Shown: positions 1 through 9,730, counted from the first letter of the stretch. The stretch is DNA of 23,363 nucleotides from Campylobacterota bacterium (GCA_051746405.1 JBNJFB010000038.1:1-23363), one strand, 5' to 3'. Numbers and translations: made by a program. Notes: generated from the letters alone by a model not told the origin.

Positions 1-21
1 TCTCTGTGAATTTGGACGGGA

Positions 22-50
22 ATTATAGACAAATTATTCATCTTTGTCAA
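22..50 (-). promoter_or_regulatory. Consensus sigma70 promoter firing leftward out of the window, probably for an rRNA/tRNA operon
   Basis: Minus strand reads TTGACA (50-45), 17 bp, TATAAT (27-22), then a GC-rich discriminator-like TCCCGTCC. A-tract-rich DNA lies upstream. The stable-RNA assignment is inference because the transcript lies outside the window. Confidence 0.8.
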
Positions 51-272
51 GAGTATTTTCTAAATTAGAGCTTAAATTTTTTAATTTGTTGTTTTTTCTG
101 GGGTTTACTTGTTTTTTATTGGGGTTTTATTTTATTTTTTGAGTTTTTATTAATTTTTCATTTACTATTCTATATTAATATATCAAATATCTTAGAGTAC
201 ATCTATAAATAAAGATGTAATTAAGTCAAAGATAATAAAATTACACAACAAAAAAATATAAAGGATAAAAAA

Positions 273-971
273 ATGTATAATAGAGATTATCTATCTCAAG
301 ACTCATCTCAATATACACAGGATTCATCAAGAGCCGAATTAATGAGTTTCTTGAGAGCTACTTATCAGCTATTTGCAGGTTCATTGCTTGCTGCAACTGC
401 AGGTGCATATATAGGATTAGAAATAGTGGGATTATTAGCAGGTCCTGTAAAGTGGGTATTATTTGCTATTGAATTAGCATTGATATTTTTTGTAATACCA
501 AGAGTTAAGCATACACCTGGTGTAAACCTTGCAGTGCTTTTCTTATTTACGTTTATTTCAGGTTTAACAATTGCTCCATTATTAGCAGCAATTTTTGCTA
601 TGCCTAGTGGTGCATCTATTGTTGGTCAAGCATTCCTAATGACTTCTGTAGCATTTGGTGGTATCTCTATGTTTGCAATGACAACAAAAAGAGATTTTTC
701 AAGTATGGGTAAGTTTCTATTTATTGCATTGATTATTATGATTGTAGGAGGTATTTCTAATATCTTTATTCAATCTTCAATGTTTCAATTAGTTATTGCT
801 AGTGCTGGTGCTTTACTATTTTCTGCTTTCATTCTTTATGATACGCAGCAAATTATTAGAGGTGGATATGATTCACCTGTGGAAGCAGCTCTATCATTAT
901 ACTTAGATTTCTTTAACTTATTTATCTCACTATTACAGATTCTTGGAATCATGAATAGCAATGATGAGTAA
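273..971 (+). CDS. yccA: Bax inhibitor-1/YccA family membrane protein
   Basis: 232 aa with about 7 hydrophobic segments. C-terminal ILYDTQQI...AALSLYLDFFNLFISLLQIL is typical of BI-1/YccA. AAGGA SD upstream. Confidence 0.9.
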   Translation: MYNRDYLSQDSSQYTQDSSRAELMSFLRATYQLFAGSLLAATAGAYIGLEIVGLLAGPVKWVLFAIELALIFFVIPRVKHTPGVNLAVLFLFTFISGLTIAPLLAAIFAMPSGASIVGQAFLMTSVAFGGISMFAMTTKRDFSSMGKFLFIALIIMIVGGISNIFIQSSMFQLVIASAGALLFSAFILYDTQQIIRGGYDSPVEAALSLYLDFFNLFISLLQILGIMNSNDE

Positions 972-994
972 AACTAACCCTCTTGGGTTAGTTT
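971..994 (+). terminator. Hairpin after yccA, likely intrinsic terminator
   Basis: AAACTAACCC-TCTT-GGGTTAGTTT, a perfect 10-bp stem at the stop codon, with a weak U-tract. Confidence 0.6.
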
Positions 995-1014
995 ACTATT
1001 TTTAGCAACCTAAA

Positions 1015-1419
1015 ATGATTTCAAATAATTTAAGACTAATTGATGCAAATCTAAATAGACTTCGTGAGGGTATCCGCGTAGTTGAAGATATATTTAGATA
1101 TGTATATAATGATAAAAAAACATCTTCACAACTAAAAGCATTAAGACATTTATGTAGAACTGATAACTATAGTGAACTTTTAAATACAAGAGATGTACAA
1201 AATGATGTATTAAGAGCTTCTATTAAAAGTGAACAAAATAGAGAAGATTTACATAGTATATTAATAGCTAACTTTAAAAGAGCACAAGAAAGTTCAAGAG
1301 TATTAGAAGAGTTTACCAAACTTACAAATATAAAAAATAGTGAAAACTTTAAATATATTAGATATGAACTTTACAATTTAGAAACTGTTTTAACAAAAAT
1401 AACTTCAAACTCTAAGTAG
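1015..1419 (+). CDS. thiD2: ThiD2-family protein (stand-alone form of the ThiE N-terminal domain; HMP-phosphate kinase)
   Basis: RLIDANLNRLREGIRVVED, RDV..D, ANFKRAQESSRVLEE and KYIRYELY match the ThiD2 family, often annotated as thiamine-phosphate pyrophosphorylase. Confidence 0.8.
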   Translation: MISNNLRLIDANLNRLREGIRVVEDIFRYVYNDKKTSSQLKALRHLCRTDNYSELLNTRDVQNDVLRASIKSEQNREDLHSILIANFKRAQESSRVLEEFTKLTNIKNSENFKYIRYELYNLETVLTKITSNSK

Positions 1420-2066
1420 TTTAGAGTATAGTTTTTATAGAGTTGTTTAGCTACCTTAAAATCTAAGCTAGCATCACTACCACTTACTCCTGATTTTTTT
1501 ATATAATCAAATAGGTCTTTTTTATTATCAAACTCTAATTTATACATTATAGTCTCAAATTCACATTTGAAATATTTGCTAAAAGCTTTTTTTATAGAGT
1601 ATTCATCTAATATGGGTGATTTTGTACCTGAAATAGATTGTATTGTTTTAAATGTATTTGAAGTAAATAAAACAGCATTTATCTCATTTGTTATATATGA
1701 TAATTTTTTTACTATTTTTGATAAATTTTTTGACCATTGTAGAGCAGATGAAGATAAAACTATATCAAAGTTGTCATTTTTTATATTTTCAAAGAAAGCT
1801 TCACTATCAAAATCGAAACATTTTACATCAATATTTTCACTTCTTGGATGAAGTTTACACATTGAAGATGAAAAGTCTATTGCCTTATAATAATCTAAAT
1901 CCCACGTTATTTGTGAATAGACTTGACCCGTACCACAGCCAAGTTCTAGCACTCTTTTAGGTTTTGACTTTAACTCTCTTATAAGTGATTTTGCACAAAT
2001 TTGTTGAATTATGTTATGGGATTGATACTGCTTTGCATGCTTTGAAAACTGGTTTTTAACTGACAT
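1371..2066 (-). CDS. bioC: BioC-like SAM-dependent methyltransferase (malonyl-ACP O-methyltransferase-like)
   Basis: FSKHAKQY..HNIIQ N-terminus, VLELGCGTG SAM motif, SSSALQW and IKKSGV are BioC-like. Start placed at ATG 2066 because the ORF-track ATG at 2075 overlaps a TAAAAT -10 box. Confidence 0.7.
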   Translation of the reverse strand: MSVKNQFSKHAKQYQSHNIIQQICAKSLIRELKSKPKRVLELGCGTGQVYSQITWDLDYYKAIDFSSSMCKLHPRSENIDVKCFDFDSEAFFENIKNDNFDIVLSSSALQWSKNLSKIVKKLSYITNEINAVLFTSNTFKTIQSISGTKSPILDEYSIKKAFSKYFKCEFETIMYKLEFDNKKDLFDYIKKSGVSGSDASLDFKVAKQLYKNYTLNYLEFEVIFVKTVSKL

Positions 2067-2138
2067 AGAGAGCATTTTAACTTTTTATTAATAAGTTTTA
2101 GATAAAATATACACCATTTTTTAAAAAGGAAATAGATA

Positions 2139-2492
2139 ATGACATCTACACTGCTAATAGTTCAGTTTGTTTTAGCAATAATAATAACAATCGTAATCTT
2201 ACTTCAAAAAAGTTCTAGTATAGGACTTGGTGCATATAGTGGAAGTAATGACTCAATGTTTGGAGCTAAAGGTCCTGGAAACTTCCTATCAAAAGCCACA
2301 ATGGCACTTGGATTGGTATTTGTAATTAATACCATTACATTAGGATATATGTATAATGAAGAGAGAAATAAAAGTGCAATTGATAGTGTTCAAACAGACA
2401 CATTAATCCCAACAATACCAAATCAAGAGACTGAACAATCAACAGCTCCAGATGCTCCTGGTTCTGCTCCTGTTGTTCCTACTGAAAACTAG
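2139..2492 (+). CDS. secG: Preprotein translocase subunit SecG
   Basis: Two TM helices flanking ILLQKSSSIGLGAYSGSNDSMFGAKG, Pro-rich C-terminal tail, AAGGA SD, TAAAAT at 2103-2108. Confidence 0.95.
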   Translation: MTSTLLIVQFVLAIIITIVILLQKSSSIGLGAYSGSNDSMFGAKGPGNFLSKATMALGLVFVINTITLGYMYNEERNKSAIDSVQTDTLIPTIPNQETEQSTAPDAPGSAPVVPTEN

Positions 2493-2511
2493 TAGAGTAT
2501 AAAGAAGAAAT

Positions 2512-3453
2512 ATGAAGTATATTTTACTTCTTTGTATCTCCTATTTGTACTTAAGTGCTAATGCACATATTTTTGTATATCATAGATTTGGTGATGAAAC
2601 ACATAAGAGTACAAATACTACTATACAGCAATTAAAGCAGCAGTTTGAATACTTAAAAAAAAATAACTATGAAGTTGTTGCAACAGCCAAGATTATAGAT
2701 AGACTTAAAAATAATAAACCAATCCCTAGCAACTGGGTGGCTTTACATATTGATGATTCATACAAAAGTTTCTATGAAAATGGCTTACCTATATTTAAAG
2801 AGTATAACTATCCATTTTCACTGTATGTTTACGTTGAAGCCACAGAGAAAAACTATTCTGATTTTATGAGTTGGAATGAACTAAAAGATGCTTCAAAATA
2901 TGGAGAGATATCACTTCATTCATACTCACATAAACACTTAACTAAACTTTCAAAAGATGAAGTTTATGAAGATACAAAAAAAGCTTATGATATTTTTGTT
3001 AAGAATTTAGGATTTAAACCAAAAGGATATGTTTACCCTTATGGGGAGTATAATCAAGAAGTTAAAGAGACAATTAAAAAGTTTAATTTTGATTATATTG
3101 CAAATCAGAGTTTAGGTAGTGTTAATAAACATAGCGATATTAATGATTTATATAGAATTGCAGTTGTTGGTGATGTAAATATAAAACAAAAACTTAGATA
3201 TAAATCTTTAAGTGCAACTTGGGTTGAACCAAAGGTGTATCCTAAAGATGGAGTCTTAAAAAAAGTTCATGTAAAAGTTGACCCTAGCATAAAAGATGCA
3301 AAACTTTATATATCAGGTCATGGTTGGCAAAATATAAAAGTAAAAGATGGTATAATTAACATTAATGTAAATAAAAGACTAAAATTCTCTAGAAATAGAG
3401 TTGCAATTAGTCCTGACTACTACACAATTTCAAGTAAACTACTAATAAAATAA
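2512..3453 (+). CDS. Exported polysaccharide deacetylase (CE4/NodB family)
   Basis: Signal-like N-terminus, YHRF, HIDD, HSYSH and YPYG motifs of CE4 deacetylases. Confidence 0.85.
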   Translation: MKYILLLCISYLYLSANAHIFVYHRFGDETHKSTNTTIQQLKQQFEYLKKNNYEVVATAKIIDRLKNNKPIPSNWVALHIDDSYKSFYENGLPIFKEYNYPFSLYVYVEATEKNYSDFMSWNELKDASKYGEISLHSYSHKHLTKLSKDEVYEDTKKAYDIFVKNLGFKPKGYVYPYGEYNQEVKETIKKFNFDYIANQSLGSVNKHSDINDLYRIAVVGDVNIKQKLRYKSLSATWVEPKVYPKDGVLKKVHVKVDPSIKDAKLYISGHGWQNIKVKDGIININVNKRLKFSRNRVAISPDYYTISSKLLIK

Positions 3454-3463
3454 GGAGAAATAG

Positions 3464-4021
3464 ATGTTAGAAGAGATTTATGCTGAAACTAAAGATCATA
3501 TGGAAAAGTCAATTGAGGCTTTAAAAAGAGATTATAAAACACTAAGAACAGGAAAGGTTAATACTACAATTTTAGATGGTATTACTGTTGATTATTATGG
3601 AAATCCAACTCCACTTAACCAAGTTGGTTCAGTAACAGCTGCTGATGCAACTACTATTGTAATAAACCCATGGGAAAAAAGCTTACTAGGTGATGTTGAA
3701 AGAGCAATACAAAATGCAAACATTGGAGTTAACCCTAATAATGATGGAGATTTAATTAAACTATTCTTTCCACCTATGACAGTTGACCAAAGAAAAGAGA
3801 GTGCAAAACAAGCTAAAGGTATGACTGATGATGCTAAAGTTGCAATTAGAAATGTAAGAAAACACTCAAATGATAAAGTGAAGGTTTTACATAAAGAAAA
3901 AGATATTACTGACGATGAGAATAAAAAAGCTTTAGAAGAGATTCAAAAAATAACTGATTCTTTTGTTGCAAAGGCAGATGAGACTTTAAAAACAAAAGAA
4001 AAAGAAATTTTAACGGTATAA
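3464..4021 (+). CDS. frr: Ribosome recycling factor
   Basis: 185 aa with LRTGK, VDYYG..TPLNQV, NPNNDG, PPMT...R and AIRNVR. AGGAG SD. Confidence 0.97.
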   Translation: MLEEIYAETKDHMEKSIEALKRDYKTLRTGKVNTTILDGITVDYYGNPTPLNQVGSVTAADATTIVINPWEKSLLGDVERAIQNANIGVNPNNDGDLIKLFFPPMTVDQRKESAKQAKGMTDDAKVAIRNVRKHSNDKVKVLHKEKDITDDENKKALEEIQKITDSFVAKADETLKTKEKEILTV

Positions 4022-4024
4022 TTT

Positions 4025-4633
4025 ATGAATATAGAACAGATATATAAAGACTCACAAGCCCTACTAGAGGGACATTTTAAGTTAAGTAGTGGAAACCACT
4101 CTGCATTTTATTTACAATCTGCAAAGGTTTTAGAAGATCCACAAAATGCTAAAAAACTAGCAGAAGCTTTAGCAAAACAGATAAAAGATGCCAATATAAA
4201 AGTAGATGCTGTTTGTTCTCCTGCACTTGGTGGTCTTATTGCTGGGTTTGCACTTGCAACTGCACTTGATGTGAAGTTTATCTTTGCTGAAAGAGTTGAT
4301 GGGCAAATGAGTATTAGAAGAGGTTTTGAAGTACAAGAAGGTGCAAACTATATTATTTGTGAAGATATTATCACAACTGGTGGAAGTGCACTTGAAGCTG
4401 CTAAACAAGTTGAAGCAAATGGTGGTAATATTACTGCATATGCTGCTTTAGCTAATAGAGGATTCTGTTCTAGAGTCAGTAGTAATAGTGAACCTAAAGA
4501 CAACTGTAAACTGCCTTTTGATAAACCTTTATTTGCGTTAGATGATTTTACTTTTGAAATGTATGCCCCAGAAGATTGCCCTATGTGTAAAGAGGGTTCT
4601 AAAGCATATAAGCCAGGTAGTAGAGGAAACTAA
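4025..4633 (+). CDS. pyrE: Orotate phosphoribosyltransferase
   Basis: [15 protein letters not shown]-binding loop [12 protein letters not shown]-terminal CPMC...KPGSR of this OPRT subtype. Confidence 0.95.
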   Translation: MNIEQIYKDSQALLEGHFKLSSGNHSAFYLQSAKVLEDPQNAKKLAEALAKQIKDANIKVDAVCSPALGGLIAGFALATALDVKFIFAERVDGQMSIRRGFEVQEGANYIICEDIITTGGSALEAAKQVEANGGNITAYAALANRGFCSRVSSNSEPKDNCKLPFDKPLFALDDFTFEMYAPEDCPMCKEGSKAYKPGSRGN

Positions 4634-4636
4634 TAT

Positions 4637-5113
4637 ATGAGTAGATGGAGAGATGTAAAACAAAAAAGACAAACTAATAACAAAGTAGAAGATGCTACTT
4701 CTAAACCTATTAGTAACCCTTGTGCATCTTTAGCATCTAGATTTAAAGCTTTCTTAACAGACTCTTTTTTAGTAACTACACCTATTACTTATATAATAAT
4801 ATATATAATAATAGGTGGAGGTGAAGAGTTTGCTTCACAAAAGCTTTTTGGTTGGGGATTGATTCTTGGTATAAGTGGGCTTATAATATCACTATTTTGG
4901 TATATAAAGTTCCAAACACCTGGAATGAAAGCTTATGAGATAAAACTTGTCAACTTACAAAAGCAAAGAGTTAACTTCTTTCAAGCTATTGTAAGATTTA
5001 TTGCTACACTTATTTCAATGATTACTATATTTCTACTTTTTATGCCCTACTTTCATAAAGAGAAAAAAACATTTCAGGATATTATTTCTAAAACTATTGT
5101 TATTAATGATTAA
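4637..5113 (+). CDS. RDD family membrane protein
   Basis: R..AFLTD, QTPGMK and FQD motifs with three hydrophobic stretches. Starts 3 bp after pyrE. Confidence 0.85.
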   Translation: MSRWRDVKQKRQTNNKVEDATSKPISNPCASLASRFKAFLTDSFLVTTPITYIIIYIIIGGGEEFASQKLFGWGLILGISGLIISLFWYIKFQTPGMKAYEIKLVNLQKQRVNFFQAIVRFIATLISMITIFLLFMPYFHKEKKTFQDIISKTIVIND

Positions 5114-5134
5114 TAGTTTCTATAAAAAACTACT

Positions 5135-7582
5135 CTAAATAGGTAAACTTATCTCAAAATTAACTCCCGTGTAGCTATTGTTTTCAAATTCAAAGTTTGT
5201 ATTAAAACATCTAATTGTTCCATCAAAATGTTTTACTATAATCTCTTGACTCATATATAAACCTATTCCTGTACCTTGGGATTTATGCTTTGTTGTAAAA
5301 TATGGTTCAAATACTCTATTTATAATATTCTCTTTTATTCCACCTGCATTATCTTTTATATTTATTGTTATATTTTTTTCATATTTTTTAGTTTCAATTA
5401 TAATAACTTTAGTTTCTAAGCTCTTATTTTCAAGGGCATCTTTTGAGTTATTAAAAATATTTAAAAGTACTTGAATTAGTTCATTTTCAACTCCATATAT
5501 CTCAATATAATCTACATCTAACACTGTTACTATACTTCTATTTTTAAACTTTGAACTTACTAATTTCAGAGTTTTCTCAACTGTTGTTTTTAAATCAAAC
5601 TTTACTTTTGGTTTATTGGCTTTCAAGAAGTCTCTAAAGTCATTTATTGTTTCAGATAAGTATTGAGTTGATTCATTTATCTTTTTTAACTCTTCAATCT
5701 CCTCTTTCTCATCACATATATTCATCTCTTTTTTAAATACAATACCTGTAGCTATTGTAGATATTACTGATAGTGGTTGTCTCCATTGATGGGCAATATT
5801 TTCTAACATCTCACCCATAGCTGCCATCTTTGATTGTTGATGTATTAACTGCTCTTGCTCTTTTAGTTTTGCTTCTTGAATTTTTTGTGCAGTTGTATCT
5901 GAAAATATTCCTATATAGTTTTTTATTCTTTTATTTTCATCATATACAGCACTTATTGTTATATATTCATCATAAGAGTCTCCATTTTTCTTTTTATTTG
6001 TTAACTCTCCTTCCCATAAACCTTTTTTATCTATTTTATCCCACATATTTTTATAAAAACTCTCATCTTGAGCTCCTGATTTTAAAATATTTGGGGTTTT
6101 ACCCTTAATCTCATTTAAACTATATAAAGTAGCATCAGCAAATGCTTTATTTATATTGATTATTTTTGTATCTTTATCAGTTATTACTATTCCATCATGT
6201 GTATTTTGAAATACAGTATAAGCTTGACGTAACTGCTCTTCATCACTTTTTTTATCTGTTACATCTAATCCTAATGCCACAAGCTCTACTTCATCATCAA
6301 TTTCTAAAGGAAAAAGGGAAAACTCTATTATTTTTTGATTACCCTTTTTATCTCTTAGTTTTAACTCTTTATTTATTAGCTTCTCATACTTAAAGTTTTG
6401 AATTTTATCTTTTATATAAAGTTTTTCTTCTTCATCCCAACATGAAAGATTCCAAAACTTCATATTTATAACTTCCTTTGAAGACTCTTTTAGATACTTA
6501 AAACCTTTGTTATTAACTTCTGCTAAATTCCCAAACTTATCCATAACAGCTGCTAAAAAGATAGTTTGCTCAAATAAAACTTGAAACTTTTTTTGCTGTT
6601 TTAACTGTTTTCTTTGAAGTTTTAGCTCTTTTTCTTTTTCGATAAAGTATTTAAATAGAAGTGCTAAGACTAAAATTGAAGATATAATAACAAGCGAAAT
6701 AATAAGTAGTGATATCTTTGAAGTTTTCTTTTCCCACTGCTTTAAACTCTTTTGCAAATCAATCCTAACAGCAATATTCAAAGGAAATATCTCAGCTAAA
6801 TTATAAGAGGATACATACTGTCTATTATTGTGCTTTTCAATACCAAAGCTATGGTAAGCATCTTTTGCTTTTTCATATAGTTTACTTTTTGATGTTAAAC
6901 TTCCAGGAGTATAACTCTCATCAGAGGAAAATAGCAAAAAATCATCCAACCTATAAAGATCAATATATGCAAATGTATTTTTTAGTTCATTTGCAAATCT
7001 ATTTACAAAATATTCACTATTAATATTAATTAAAAGATGATAGTTTCCAGAAGACTTTTGAAACTGTTTTATTACAGGAATAAAAGTTATAGCATCTTTA
7101 CTTATGTCATTTACATGAGTTATATTATACCCATCAATTAAATCTCTTCCAACCCATGGTATTCCAAATCTTAAAATAGATTTATCAAATAATGGTTTAG
7201 GGTAAAAGTCATTTATAGAGAAGTGTAATCCAATATTTTGTTTATTAGAACTATAAATAACCTCTTCATTTGTATTTAGAATATTTACAGATCTTATATA
7301 AGGGTTATTAAAAAGTACCTCTTTAAACTGTCTGTTTATATTTTCAAAATCACTCTCTTCATTTAATACTGAAATCAAGTTTGATGATAAAAGATTAATA
7401 TTATTAAATGTTTGCGTAACTTGATTTGATAAGGTATTTGCATGGAGCTTGGCAATCTGCTTTTGTGTATTTATTATATCCTCTTTTAAAATTGATAGAG
7501 AAGATATAATAATTGTAACCACAATTGCCACTATGACTAAAGCAGCTAATAGGGTTTTTGTTAAACTTGATAAGTTATTCAT
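5135..7582 (-). CDS. Membrane sensor histidine kinase (TM, periplasmic Cache-like domain, TM, 2 PAS, HisKA, HATPase)
   Basis: H-box MLENIAHQWRQPL, N-box NIFNNSKDA, DNAGGI, FEPYFTTK, GTGIGL. The second PAS has GKTPNILKSG...W...W.GE..N. Confidence 0.93.
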   Translation of the reverse strand: MNNLSSLTKTLLAALVIVAIVVTIIISSLSILKEDIINTQKQIAKLHANTLSNQVTQTFNNINLLSSNLISVLNEESDFENINRQFKEVLFNNPYIRSVNILNTNEEVIYSSNKQNIGLHFSINDFYPKPLFDKSILRFGIPWVGRDLIDGYNITHVNDISKDAITFIPVIKQFQKSSGNYHLLININSEYFVNRFANELKNTFAYIDLYRLDDFLLFSSDESYTPGSLTSKSKLYEKAKDAYHSFGIEKHNNRQYVSSYNLAEIFPLNIAVRIDLQKSLKQWEKKTSKISLLIISLVIISSILVLALLFKYFIEKEKELKLQRKQLKQQKKFQVLFEQTIFLAAVMDKFGNLAEVNNKGFKYLKESSKEVINMKFWNLSCWDEEEKLYIKDKIQNFKYEKLINKELKLRDKKGNQKIIEFSLFPLEIDDEVELVALGLDVTDKKSDEEQLRQAYTVFQNTHDGIVITDKDTKIININKAFADATLYSLNEIKGKTPNILKSGAQDESFYKNMWDKIDKKGLWEGELTNKKKNGDSYDEYITISAVYDENKRIKNYIGIFSDTTAQKIQEAKLKEQEQLIHQQSKMAAMGEMLENIAHQWRQPLSVISTIATGIVFKKEMNICDEKEEIEELKKINESTQYLSETINDFRDFLKANKPKVKFDLKTTVEKTLKLVSSKFKNRSIVTVLDVDYIEIYGVENELIQVLLNIFNNSKDALENKSLETKVIIIETKKYEKNITINIKDNAGGIKENIINRVFEPYFTTKHKSQGTGIGLYMSQEIIVKHFDGTIRCFNTNFEFENNSYTGVNFEISLPI

Positions 7583-7591
7583 TCAGATATT

Positions 7592-8377
7592 TTACTTTAA
7601 TCTTACAATCGGCTCTAATCCATTTTTTTTAGCAAGTTTTAACAATCTTCCATCTGTTTTAATATCACTAATAAACTTCTCAACTCTATTATAAAACTTA
7701 TCATCCCCATAATTCATAACCCATGCATATGGAGTTTTGTGATAAGTTGAAGAAGGGGTAATTAACTTAGCCCAGTTTGTATTTGCAATCATTCTTTTTC
7801 CAAAAGGATAATCCGTCATAAAAACATCAGCTCTTGATGCTTTTACCTCTTGCACTCTTGCTTTAAAACTATTCACCACTAACAACTGGGCATTTTTAAG
7901 TTTTTGCTTCATCACAGGTTCATGATATGTACCCTTAGCAACTGCTACAACTATCCCTTTTTTATCAATATCTTCCCAGGTATTGATTCTTTTATTTGAT
8001 TTTGTAGTAATTGCGTAAATATCACTTGATAGGTGAGGTGTAGTGAATCTAAGCTTATCTTCTCTTGCTTTTGTATTTCCAATAGCAAACATTGCAATAT
8101 GGCACTTATTAGAGTTTACATCTTCTATTAAAGTTGCAAACGAACTTGGTACAAACTTTAACTTTACATCTAAATCTTTTGCTAACTGCTTTGCTAAATC
8201 ACTATCAATACCCACTAATTTTTGTGTTCGTGGATCTAAATAGGATATTCCATAGTATTCTGGCCAAATACATACTTTTATTTCATTTTCTTGTTTAATT
8301 ACATCTAAACTACTTTTTTCATTTGCATACAATGATATAGCTGCAAATAGTACTAGAAAAAATATCTTTTTTATCAT
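7592..8377 (-). CDS. Periplasmic solute-binding protein, family 3 (amino-acid-binding/PheC-like)
   Basis: Signal peptide; G.DSDLAKQLAKDL, R...LRFTTP, VAKGTYHE and ADVFMTD motifs. No permease or ATPase gene nearby. Confidence 0.85.
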   Translation of the reverse strand: MIKKIFFLVLFAAISLYANEKSSLDVIKQENEIKVCIWPEYYGISYLDPRTQKLVGIDSDLAKQLAKDLDVKLKFVPSSFATLIEDVNSNKCHIAMFAIGNTKAREDKLRFTTPHLSSDIYAITTKSNKRINTWEDIDKKGIVVAVAKGTYHEPVMKQKLKNAQLLVVNSFKARVQEVKASRADVFMTDYPFGKRMIANTNWAKLITPSSTYHKTPYAWVMNYGDDKFYNRVEKFISDIKTDGRLLKLAKKNGLEPIVRLK

Positions 8378-8437
8378 AAAAACCTCATATTTATATACAA
8401 TTACAGGAATTATACTAATTTTAGCATTAAGTAACCA

Positions 8438-9694
8438 TTATAGTTTTCCTGCAAGCTGTTTTTCTTTAAAATCAATAACATCTTTTAAGTCTTCAATATG
8501 CTTATTTTTTTGGCTTATTCTTCCTTCTAAATCTAAAATAGTTTTCTTTTTTAGTTTTATCTCTTCATCTATTGTTCTGTTTTCCTTTACTAATTTATCA
8601 TTTTCTACTTTTAGATTTATTGCTATTCTTGATGCATTTTTTACTTTAGAATTTGCAGTGTTTGTAATGTTTGTATTTTTCTCTTTTAACTCTTTTATTT
8701 CATCTTCATAGTAATTAATCTGTTGCTTTCTTGAGTCACACTTCTGTCTTAATTCTATAATCTCTTTGTTTAATGAGTTTAAATCAAGGTTTGTATATTT
8801 TATCAGCTTCTCTTCAAGTAGTTTAATCTTTTTTTGACTATTTTGATGCTGTTTTTTGGTATCTTGTATATTTTGTAAAACTCTTTTTTTGAATTCACGT
8901 TTTTCTAACTCATCGTTTGTTGTTAAAAACCTTATTCCCACATACTCAATTACTTCATCTCCCATATCATCAAAAATTGGCATTATTGTGGCATTTACAT
9001 AGTAAGCACTTCCATCTTTTGCTTGATTTTTGACTTTTCCTTGCCATGTGTCACCATTACTTATAGTTTCCCATAAATCTTTAAAAGCAGCCTTTGGCAT
9101 ATCTGGATGTCTTACAATATTATGAGGCTGTCCATATAGCTCTTGTCTTGAGTATTGAGCTATCTCACAAAAAATATCATTTGCAAAAGTTATAACCCCT
9201 TTAGTATCTGCTTTAGATACTATTGCAACATTATCTATTGCATTTAAGTATCTCTCTAGCTCTTCTTTTTGTTTTTTTATAGTGACTTCTTGGTAGTAGG
9301 TGTGACAAACCTTGTAAACTTTATCTATTAATTCTTGAGTATTAATAGGTTTTAGAATATATGCAGTTGCATTATATTTTATTGCTTGAAGTAAATACTT
9401 CTCTTCTGTATAAGCAGTAGTAAAAAGAAAAGGTATATTTTCGTCTTTATGCCTTATCTCTTTTAGAAGTTCTATACCATCTACTTTTGGCATATTAACA
9501 TCACTTATAATTGCATCGACTATATGTTTTTGTTTTATTAACTTTTCATAAGTATCCAATGCCTCTTGTCCATCTTTGGCTATATGAAACTCTTTAAATA
9601 ATTTCTCAATAGAGTTGCTAGTTTGTTCTCTTACAACCCTATCATCTTCAACATAAATCACTGTTAATTTTTTTAAAAATGCTAGACTCTCCAT
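8438..9694 (-). CDS. Response-regulator receiver + Aer-type PAS + long coiled-coil protein
   Basis: REC motifs YVEDD, ISDVNMP..DG, TA and YILKP. PAS motif GQPHNIVRHPDMP..F..LW. The last ~150 aa are K/E/N-rich and heptad-like. Confidence 0.88.
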   Translation of the reverse strand: MESLAFLKKLTVIYVEDDRVVREQTSNSIEKLFKEFHIAKDGQEALDTYEKLIKQKHIVDAIISDVNMPKVDGIELLKEIRHKDENIPFLFTTAYTEEKYLLQAIKYNATAYILKPINTQELIDKVYKVCHTYYQEVTIKKQKEELERYLNAIDNVAIVSKADTKGVITFANDIFCEIAQYSRQELYGQPHNIVRHPDMPKAAFKDLWETISNGDTWQGKVKNQAKDGSAYYVNATIMPIFDDMGDEVIEYVGIRFLTTNDELEKREFKKRVLQNIQDTKKQHQNSQKKIKLLEEKLIKYTNLDLNSLNKEIIELRQKCDSRKQQINYYEDEIKELKEKNTNITNTANSKVKNASRIAINLKVENDKLVKENRTIDEEIKLKKKTILDLEGRISQKNKHIEDLKDVIDFKEKQLAGKL

Positions 9695-9730
9695 ATCTTA
9701 CTCCATGTTAGTAATCTATAATAATATAAA

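Noticed and set aside
1567..1960. Plus-strand ORFs 1567-1851 and 1688-1960
   Set aside because: Antisense shadows of the bioC-like gene, with no motifs or SD.
2655..2663. A9 homopolymer in the deacetylase as a phase-variation tract
   Set aside because: Long A runs are common in Lys-rich AT-rich genes, the frame is intact, and no long G/C tracts were seen.
5114..5132. TAGTTT...AAACTA inverted repeat between the RDD and kinase genes
   Set aside because: Only a 6-bp AT-rich stem, too weak to call a terminator.
8411..8421. TATACTAATTT shared with 11291-11301 as a common operator
   Set aside because: Both copies overlap -10 boxes and resemble ordinary promoter context in this DNA.
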